A stretch of 64,000 bases of DNA from Candidatus Brocadiia bacterium (GTDB lineage Bacteria; Planctomycetota; Brocadiia; CAIUPP01): positions 64,001-128,000 of the forward strand of contig JBEKCB010000005.1 of assembly GCA_050015075.1 (NCBI GenBank), given 5' to 3'. The first letter of the stretch is position 1, and each line of letters begins with the position of its first letter. The notes beneath the pieces are model-generated. The model was given only the letters and a program-made list of their open reading frames with translations, did no database searches and was not told the origin of the DNA. This document shows positions 57,259 through 64,000 of the stretch, piece after piece. A program made the translations under genes and the position numbers.

Positions 57259-58704
57259 TCATCCGCCTGCGGCGCCCTCCACGCGATGGACCTTCATCAT
57301 GTTCGTCGCGCCCGGGACCGTCGTCGAGCCGACCAGCAGGATGACCAGGTCGCCCGGCCGGACCAGGCCGCAGGCGCGGACGGCGCGCTCGGTCATCGCG
57401 ACCAGCGCCTCGGGGCCGGCGGCCCTTTCCGAAAGCATCGGCCGCACGCCCCACGCCAGCGCCAGCCGGCGGCAGGTCTCTTCCGACGGCGTGAACGCCA
57501 GCACCGGCGCCGACGGCCGCCGCGCCGAGACGAGCAGCGCCGTCCGCCCGGAGAGCGTAAAGACCGCGATGGCCGCCGCGCCGAGTTCCTGCGCCGCCAC
57601 GCACGCGGCGCGCGTGCTGGCCTCGGCGACGCCGCGCGGCCCGGCCGCCTTCTCGCGCGCGAAGGGCCGCCGATACTCCGGGAGATGCCGCTCCGCGGCC
57701 AGGGCGATCTCGGACATCATCCGCACCGCCTCGACCGGATATTTCCCGACCGCGGTCTCGGCGGAGAGCATCAGCGCGCCGGTCCCGTCGAAGACGGCGT
57801 TGGCGATGTCGGTGGCTTCAGCGCGGCTCGGCTGCGGGTTCGAGACCATTGTCTCGAGCATCTGCGTCGCCGTGATGTCCGGCTTGCCGCGCCGGCCGGC
57901 GACCGACAGGATTTGCTTCTGCAGGATCGGGATTTCCGCGGCGGAGGTCTCGACGCCCAGGTCGCCGCGCGCGACCATGACGCCGTCGGCGGCGGCGACG
58001 ATCTCCTCGAGGTTCTGGATCGCCTCGATGCGCTCGATCTTCGCGATCACCGGCACGTCGCATCCGGCGGACTTCGCCGAGCGGCGGAGGTCTTCGATGT
58101 CCGACGCGCGCCGGACAAACGACAGACCGACGTAGTCCACGCCCGCGCCGATGCCGAATCGCAGGTCCTCCAGGTCCTTCTCGGTCAGGCAGGAAGCGCT
58201 CAGCGGCGTGTGCGGAAGGTTCATGCCCTTGTGCTCGTCCAGCGCGCCGCCCACGAGCACCTCGGTCTGCACCTCGCGGCCGGCGACGCCCGTGACGCGC
58301 AGTTGCAGCCGGCCGTCGTCGAGCAGGATCACGTCGCCCTTCCGGACGTCGTCGGGCAACGCGGCGTACGTGGTCGAAATCCGCACTGCCGTTCCGACGA
58401 CCGCGTCGGTCGTGATCTGGACGGAATCGCCGGCGGATAGATTGACCGGCTGATGTCCGGCGAGTTCGCCGATGCGCATCTTCGGTCCCTGGAGATCCTG
58501 CAGGATGGCGACGGCCTGGCGGGCTTCGGCAGCGGCGCGGCGGATGTCGCGCACGGCCGCCCCGTGCGTCTCATGCGAACCGTGCGAGAAATTCAGGCGG
58601 AAGACGTTCACGCCCGCGTCAATCAGCTTCCGGATCATTGCGGGTCCGCTCGAGGCGGGCCCGAGCGTCGCGACGATCTTCGTGCGCCTTTCCTGTTGCT
58701 CCAC
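57259..58704 (-). CDS. pyk: Pyruvate kinase
   Basis: TKIVATLGP, RLNFSHG, DLQGPK, IAKIE, MVARGDLGVE, TQML, MLSAETA. Confidence 0.97.
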   Translation of the reverse strand: MEQQERRTKIVATLGPASSGPAMIRKLIDAGVNVFRLNFSHGSHETHGAAVRDIRRAAAEARQAVAILQDLQGPKMRIGELAGHQPVNLSAGDSVQITTDAVVGTAVRISTTYAALPDDVRKGDVILLDDGRLQLRVTGVAGREVQTEVLVGGALDEHKGMNLPHTPLSASCLTEKDLEDLRFGIGAGVDYVGLSFVRRASDIEDLRRSAKSAGCDVPVIAKIERIEAIQNLEEIVAAADGVMVARGDLGVETSAAEIPILQKQILSVAGRRGKPDITATQMLETMVSNPQPSRAEATDIANAVFDGTGALMLSAETAVGKYPVEAVRMMSEIALAAERHLPEYRRPFAREKAAGPRGVAEASTRAACVAAQELGAAAIAVFTLSGRTALLVSARRPSAPVLAFTPSEETCRRLALAWGVRPMLSERAAGPEALVAMTERAVRACGLVRPGDLVILLVGSTTVPGATNMMKVHRVEGAAGG

Positions 58705-58742
58705 GGATTCCCCTCCGGCGCAAAGCAGGCGGGTTTATTTCG

Positions 58743-58888
58743 CCACGACGATGCGATGATCACGACGGAGTTGTCGTTACGGAATCCTTGCCTTACTGTT
58801 CGTTGTGCCCGTGGTGGCGTCGTGGTTTAGAATTGTCTCTGCAAAGGTCATTTGTTTTTCTTCGTGCCCTTCGTGCTCTTCGTGGTAA
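58743..58888. repeat. 9-bp-periodic palindrome plus half element
   Basis: CCACGACG...TCACGACG / CGTTGTGCC CGTGGTGGC GTCGTGG, then TTCGTGCCC TTCGTGCTC TTCGTGGTA, which encodes the ThiC tail TTKSTKGTK. Confidence 0.6.
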
Positions 58889-60197
58889 GACGAGTTTTTC
58901 GGCGGCACTCGGCGTCTTCGCGGATTTTGAAGACGCACAGCTCACCGCACATGCTGCACACGTCCTCTTCGCCCGGGCGCCGGCGCTTGCGGAAACTCGC
59001 CGCCCGCTTCGGGTCCATGCACATGCGGATTTGCGCCTGCCAGTCGCGGGCGCGGCGGAGTTCGGAGAACTTGCGGTCCCACTCGGCGGCGCCCGGCACG
59101 CCCTTGGCGATGTCCGCGGCGTGCCCGGCGATGCGCGCGGCGATGACGCCCTCGCGCACGTGCTCCACCTCCGGCAGGCCGAGGTGCTCCATCGGCGTGA
59201 CATAGCAGATGAAGTCCGCGCCCGCCGCGGCGGCCACCGCGCCGCCGATCGCGGCGGTGATGTGGTCGTAGCCGGGGGCCACGTCCGTCACCAGCGGGCC
59301 TAGGATGTAGAACGGCGCGCCGTGGCAGAGTTCCTTCTCCAGGCGCACCTGCGCCTCGATCTGGTGGAGCGGCACGTGCCCGGGGCCTTCGATCATGACC
59401 TGCACGCTGGCCTCGTGCGCGCGCGCGGCCAGTCCGGCGAGCACGTTCAGCTCATGGACCTGCGCCCGGTCGAACGCGTCCGCCTGCGCACCGGGGCGCA
59501 GACCGTCGCCCAGGCTCAGCGTCACGTCGTGCTCTCGCGCGATGGCCAGGACCTCGTCGAACTGTTCGTAGAGCGGGTTTTCCTTTCCGTGGCGGGCCAT
59601 CCAGGTCGCGAGGAATGTGCCGCCGCGGCTCACGATGCCGCACACGCGCGGCGACTGTTCGAGCGTGCGGAGGACCTCGCGCGTCACGCCGCAATGCACG
59701 GTGATGAAGTCCACGCCCTGCTCGACGTGATCGCGCACGGCGCGGAGGATGCCCGCGGCGGTCATCGCGTGGACGCTCCGGCCCTGCCGCAGCACGCGCA
59801 CCGCGGCATCGTAGATCGGCACGGTGCCGACCGGCACGCGCGAGGCCTCGAGGATCCGCCGGCGCACCGAGCGGATGTCGCCGCCGGTGGAAAGGTCCAT
59901 CACCGCGTCCGCGCCGGCCTCGATCGCCGCATTCAACTTCTCCAGCTCGGGCTTCAGATCGGGGAAGTCCTGCGAGGTGCCGATGTTCGCGTTGACCTTC
60001 GTGCGCAGTCCCTGGCCGATGCCGCACGGCTCGATCTCCGGCAGTCCGAGGGCCTTTCGGCAGAGGTTCATCGGCAGGACGACGCGCCCGTCGAGGAGGC
60101 GCTGGCGGAGGATTTCCGCGGAGGTCCGCTCGCGCGCGGCGACCGCGGCGATCTCCGGCACGGCGATGCCGAGCCGGGCTTGTTCAAGTTTCGTCAT
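58848..60197 (-). CDS. thiC: Phosphomethylpyrimidine synthase (ThiC/BzaAB family, short form)
   Basis: KVNANIGTS, MDLSTGG, SRGG, SLGDGLRPG, EGPGH, GYDH, EHLGLP, CSMCGELC. Confidence 0.92.
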   Translation of the reverse strand: MTKLEQARLGIAVPEIAAVAARERTSAEILRQRLLDGRVVLPMNLCRKALGLPEIEPCGIGQGLRTKVNANIGTSQDFPDLKPELEKLNAAIEAGADAVMDLSTGGDIRSVRRRILEASRVPVGTVPIYDAAVRVLRQGRSVHAMTAAGILRAVRDHVEQGVDFITVHCGVTREVLRTLEQSPRVCGIVSRGGTFLATWMARHGKENPLYEQFDEVLAIAREHDVTLSLGDGLRPGAQADAFDRAQVHELNVLAGLAARAHEASVQVMIEGPGHVPLHQIEAQVRLEKELCHGAPFYILGPLVTDVAPGYDHITAAIGGAVAAAAGADFICYVTPMEHLGLPEVEHVREGVIAARIAGHAADIAKGVPGAAEWDRKFSELRRARDWQAQIRMCMDPKRAASFRKRRRPGEEDVCSMCGELCVFKIREDAECRRKTRLTTKSTKGTKKNK

Positions 60198-60976
60198 TGA
60201 CTTTCCTCATGGGCGTGAAACGGCCGATGCGGCCGGCGCGGCCGATGCGGTCCTTGGGCCGCCGCCGCCTCGGCCAGCGCGCGGACTTCTTCCGGGTTGA
60301 GTTTGCGCCAATGGCCGAGCCGGAGCACGTCGTCCTGGAGCGGCCCGATGCGGAAGCGCCGCAGGTGCGTGACCGGGAATCCGACCTTGGCGAGCATGCG
60401 GCGCACCTCGCGGTTGCGCCCTTCGTGCATCGTGATCTCGACGACCGAATCGGCCCGGCCGCGTTTGATGATCTTGACCCAACTCGCCACGCACCGATCG
60501 CCGGCGATCCAGACGCCCGCCAGCAGATCGCGCTTGGCGGAGTTGGTGATCGCGCCGCGCACCTGCGCGCGATAGGTCTTCGGCACACCGTATCGCGGGT
60601 GCGCTACGCGCTGCGTAAAGTCGCCGTCGTTCGTCACGATCAGCAGCCCTTCCGTGTCCGCGTCGAGCCGGCCGACGGTGAAAAGCCGCGCGTCGCGCAT
60701 CGGCAACAGGTCGAAGACGCACGGGCGCCCGCGCTCGTCGGCGTTCGTGCAGACGTAGCCCTGCGGCTTGTTGATGAGGTAATAGACATTGCGCGCCGGG
60801 CGGACGATCTCGCCGTCGCAGCGGACTTCCTGCCGGTCCGGATCCACCTTGGTTCCCAGTTCCGTCGCCGGCCGGCCGTCCACGGTCACGCGGCCCGCCG
60901 TGATGAGCGCCTCGCACGACCGGCGCGAGCCGAGCCCGCCGGCGGCGAGCACTTTCTGAAGTCTCTCCAGCGCCAT
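60194..60976 (-). CDS. RsuA/RluB family pseudouridine synthase with S4 domain
   Basis: ERLQK, SRR, NKPQGY, VGRLD, EGRNREVRRM. Confidence 0.93.
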   Translation of the reverse strand: MALERLQKVLAAGGLGSRRSCEALITAGRVTVDGRPATELGTKVDPDRQEVRCDGEIVRPARNVYYLINKPQGYVCTNADERGRPCVFDLLPMRDARLFTVGRLDADTEGLLIVTNDGDFTQRVAHPRYGVPKTYRAQVRGAITNSAKRDLLAGVWIAGDRCVASWVKIIKRGRADSVVEITMHEGRNREVRRMLAKVGFPVTHLRRFRIGPLQDDVLRLGHWRKLNPEEVRALAEAAAAQGPHRPRRPHRPFHAHEESQ

Positions 60977-60980
60977 GATA

Positions 60981-61988
60981 TCACTCCGGTTCCGCGGTGC
61001 GGATGATCTCGAGTCCGGCAGCGCGCGGACTGTTGCGCGCTCCTCGCCGCGGAACGATTTCGTATTCCCTGACGCAGGCCGGCACCAGAACCGTTCGGCC
61101 TTTCGCCAGGGCGACTTCCTGCCAGCGCGGATCCCGCAGCCGGCCGCTGCCGGCCAGCACGTGCAGGATCTCGAAACGCCTCGTTTTCGACCGGACGCAT
61201 CCGCGGCGGACCCGCCAGCGGTCCATCACGAAGCGGTTGCATGCGACCAGCCGCTGCGCGTCGAACGGCAGCCCGCGCAACGTCCTTGGCTTCGGCCGGC
61301 GAAGCGACAACGCCCGGCCGCCCGCCGCGCGGACCGCTTGGTCGGGATGGAGCTCGCGCGGCTTGCCGTCGGCTCCGACGCGGCCCCAGTCGTAGAGGCG
61401 GAACGTCGCGTCCGAATTCTGCTGGACCTCGAACAGCACCACGCCGCCGCCGAATGCGTGAATGGTGCCGGCTTCGCAGAGCCAGACGTCGCCCGTGCGC
61501 GCGGAAAACCTTCGCACTCGCGCGGCCAGTTCGCCCGAGACGGCCAGCGCGCGGAGTTTCGGCATATCGCTCGCCGCCTTGAGGCCGCTGACGACCCACG
61601 CGTCCTTGCCGCCGCGCAGAACGTACCACGCCTCGGTCTTTCCGCAGTCGCGCAGCTTCATCGCGCGCGCGCACTCGTCGTCCGGATGCACCTGGACGGA
61701 GAACGCATCCGCCACGTCGAGCAGTTTCACCAGCAGCGGGAACCGCCCGAGCGCCGCCTTGCGGCCGAGCAGGCTCTCGCCGTGCGCGCGGATCAGTTCG
61801 CGCAGCGTCCGGCCCGACGACGGGCCGCCTTTGACCACGCTCGTGCCGTTCGGATGGTCGGCGATCTCCCAGGATTCCCCGATCCGCCCGCCCGGCGGCA
61901 GCCGTTTCGCCGCCGCGCGCGCGAGCGACCGGCCGCCCCACGGCTTGGCGACGAAGATCTCCTCGAAAACCAGGGGACCGAGATACAT
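60981..61988 (-). CDS. manA: Type I mannose-6-phosphate isomerase
   Basis: WGG, GESWE, PLLVKLLD, SVQVHP, KTEAW, GTIHA, EVQQNSD, RELH. Confidence 0.9.
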   Translation of the reverse strand: MYLGPLVFEEIFVAKPWGGRSLARAAAKRLPPGGRIGESWEIADHPNGTSVVKGGPSSGRTLRELIRAHGESLLGRKAALGRFPLLVKLLDVADAFSVQVHPDDECARAMKLRDCGKTEAWYVLRGGKDAWVVSGLKAASDMPKLRALAVSGELAARVRRFSARTGDVWLCEAGTIHAFGGGVVLFEVQQNSDATFRLYDWGRVGADGKPRELHPDQAVRAAGGRALSLRRPKPRTLRGLPFDAQRLVACNRFVMDRWRVRRGCVRSKTRRFEILHVLAGSGRLRDPRWQEVALAKGRTVLVPACVREYEIVPRRGARNSPRAAGLEIIRTAEPE

Positions 61989-62110
61989 GCTTTCCACTTC
62001 TTCAGCAGAACCGGCGCGTCTCGGACACCGGGCCATCCGCGTCGGGGCCGGGCCGCGTTATACATTCAAGGCGCGTCCGCGTCAACCGACTCGCGGGCGG
62101 CCCGCTCCCT

Positions 62111-63031
62111 TCACGGACGGACCGCCAGCATCCGCTCGATCGCCCGGCGCGCCCGCCCGGCGATCGGCTCGGGCACGGTCACCTCGTAGACCATGTCCTC
62201 GAGCGACCAGACCATTTTCTCCAGCGTGTTCAGTTTCATGTTCGGGCAATCGGCCAGGCTCGAGGCGGGATAAAAAGTCTTGCCCGGATTTTCTTTCTTC
62301 AGCCGGTGCAGGAGCGCGATCTCGGTGCCGACGATGAATTCCTGCGCCGGGCTCGATTGACAGAGCTTGAGAATCCCGGTGGTGCTGGCGACGTGGTCGG
62401 CCAGCGCGATCACGTCGGCGGTGCATTCAGGATGCACGACCACCTTCGCCGCGGGGTGCTCGCTGCGCGCGCGGAGGATATCCGCCGCGAGGATGCGATG
62501 GTGCGTGGGGCAATAGCCGGGCCAGAGGATGAGCTTCCGCCCGGCCTGTTTCGCGGCGTAGTCCCCGAGCGATTGGTCCGGGACGAAAATAATTTCGCCG
62601 TCGGCGGGCAGGCTGCGGACGACCTGGACGGCGTTGGCGGAGGTGCAGCAGATGTCGCTCTCGGCCTTCACTTCGGCGCTGCTGTTGACGTAGCAGACCA
62701 CGCGCGCGAGAGGATGCTGCGCTTTCAGCGCGCGGAGCTCGCGGGCGCTGACCATGTTCGCCATCGGGCAGCCGGCGCGCGGATCGGGCACGAGGACCTT
62801 CTTGCCCGGGCAAAGGATCGCGGCCGTTTCGGCCATGAAATCCACGCCGCAGAAGAGGATGACCTCGGCCTTCGCCCCGGCCGCCTGCCGCGAGAGGCCG
62901 AGCGAATCGCCCACGTAGTCGGCGGCGTCCTGCACTTCCGGCCGCTGGTAATTGTGCGCCAGGATCACCGCTCGGCGCTGCGACTTGAGGCGGCCGAGTT
63001 TCTCGATCAGGCTCTCGTTCGTCAGGGTCAT
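62111..63031 (-). CDS. nadA: Quinolinate synthase
   Basis: AHNYQ, GDSL, FCGVDFMAE, GCPMA, YVNS, HPEC, CPNMK. Confidence 0.96.
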   Translation of the reverse strand: MTLTNESLIEKLGRLKSQRRAVILAHNYQRPEVQDAADYVGDSLGLSRQAAGAKAEVILFCGVDFMAETAAILCPGKKVLVPDPRAGCPMANMVSARELRALKAQHPLARVVCYVNSSAEVKAESDICCTSANAVQVVRSLPADGEIIFVPDQSLGDYAAKQAGRKLILWPGYCPTHHRILAADILRARSEHPAAKVVVHPECTADVIALADHVASTTGILKLCQSSPAQEFIVGTEIALLHRLKKENPGKTFYPASSLADCPNMKLNTLEKMVWSLEDMVYEVTVPEPIAGRARRAIERMLAVRP

Positions 63032-63045
63032 ATCGGCGTGGCTCT

Positions 63046-63444
63046 TCAGAGGGTCTTGTCGGTGTGCATGCCGGCCTTGAGTTCCATCGCGGCCAGCACT
63101 CGAATCGTGAGACGGCGCTCCTCCTGCGAGATAGGGCCGTAGTCTCGCTCGGGTCCGGGCCACTGGTCGAGCGTCGCGGTCACGGTCGCGTTCGTCACCT
63201 CGCCGACGAGCTGATATCCGTGATCGTGCGCCGCGTCCCAAACCGACACGGCGACTTTCGGATTCTTCGCGACGTTCTCCGCCGTCTGCGGGCAGAACCA
63301 GGCGGTGAACGCCACGTGCTCCGCGTCCAGGATGCGGATCAGCTTCGACACCGCCAGGTGCGGCTGCCCGCGATCGTCGGCGCTGGCGACATAAGCGACG
63401 GCGGCGCCCCGCAGCGCCTCTCGGACTTGCTCGGACATCACCAC
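63046..63444 (-). CDS. Pyridoxamine 5'-phosphate oxidase-like FMN-binding protein
   Basis: VASAD..GQPH, TAENVAKNPKVAV, GYQLVG. Confidence 0.8.
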   Translation of the reverse strand: MVMSEQVREALRGAAVAYVASADDRGQPHLAVSKLIRILDAEHVAFTAWFCPQTAENVAKNPKVAVSVWDAAHDHGYQLVGEVTNATVTATLDQWPGPERDYGPISQEERRLTIRVLAAMELKAGMHTDKTL

Positions 63445-63492
63445 GATTCTATCCCTTTTCCCGTTCAGTTCTCCGCGCTTTTGCGCGAGCGA

Positions 63493-64000
63493 TCAAGCCG
63501 TCCTCAAAATGCGCATGACCTCGTCGTCCTCGACCTGGTCGAACCGTTCATAGAACTGCCCGACCGCCTGGAAATACTCCGGCGCGGCGAGACAGACGAC
63601 CTCGTCGGCCACTTCATCCAGTTCCTCGAGCGTGTCCTGCGGCCCGACCGGAATGCCGCACCAGAGCCGGGCGGGCTTTGCGGCGCGCACTCCGTTCAGC
63701 GTCGCGAGCATGGTGGCGCCGGTCGCTACGCCGTCGTCCACGACGACCACCGTGCGCCCTTCGCGCGGGGCGATTTTACGGACCGCGCGATAGGCCTCGG
63801 CGCGCTGCCGGATTCGCTCCAACTGGCGCGCGGTCTCATCGGCGACGTACTTCTCGTCGGCGCCCAGGGCCGAGATCAGGCTGCGGTTGAGGTACGTCTC
63901 GCCGCCCTCGATCACCGCGCCGATGGCCAGTTCCGGGTTGCCCGGCGCGCTCAGTTTCCTTGCGATCACGACGTCCAGTTCAGCCTTCAGCTCGCGCGCG
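63493..64000 (-). CDS. Phosphoribosyltransferase family protein (5' end outside the window)
   Basis: RKL.APGNPELAIGA, VVVDDGVATG PRPP motif, AVGQFY..F.QV.D. Confidence 0.9.
   Translation of the reverse strand, partial: ARELKAELDVVIARKLSAPGNPELAIGAVIEGGETYLNRSLISALGADEKYVADETARQLERIRQRAEAYRAVRKIAPREGRTVVVVDDGVATGATMLATLNGVRAAKPARLWCGIPVGPQDTLEELDEVADEVVCLAAPEYFQAVGQFYERFDQVEDDEVMRILRTA

Noticed and set aside
55454-58135. 893-aa plus-strand ORF and other long overlapping ORFs (e.g. 20363-22423, 39751-41790, 52427-54343, 62-985)
   Set aside because: Shadow or antisense frames of well-supported genes in high-GC DNA; no recognisable motifs

Overview
High-GC bacterial chromosomal window, mostly housekeeping: pepP-efp-accB-accC, smpB, topA, mltA, a complete oppABCDF-type ABC transporter, thiD/thiC, rpmB, larB, tsaD, an S41 protease, tRNA-Phe, panC, lgt, dprA, pyk and nadA. 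A PVC-superphylum origin (probably Planctomycetota) is inferred from the RRGLAKSKGGVG insert in L28 and the zinc-ribbon/HEAT giant protein. No transposase, integrase, reverse transcriptase, CRISPR array, rRNA or prophage gene was seen. The least explained signals are largely non-coding: (1) periodic palindromes built from 6-, 7-, 8- and 9-bp units at many gene junctions, often supplying stop codons; (2) two 115-bp MITE-like copies bracketing the whole ABC operon; (3) a REP-like palindrome family with lengths in multiples of 3, inserted in-frame in enzyme genes; (4) an orphan ~120-nt transcription unit (consensus promoter plus intrinsic terminator) upstream of topA; (5) tandem DUF2330-like paralogs with divergent membrane segments, each bounded by the 7-mer palindrome; (6) a deleted hicBA remnant; (7) two exported HEAT-repeat proteins with RGG/Pro-rich disordered inserts around mltA. 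All family calls come from motif recognition by eye, and starts were adjusted by hand. No searches were run.
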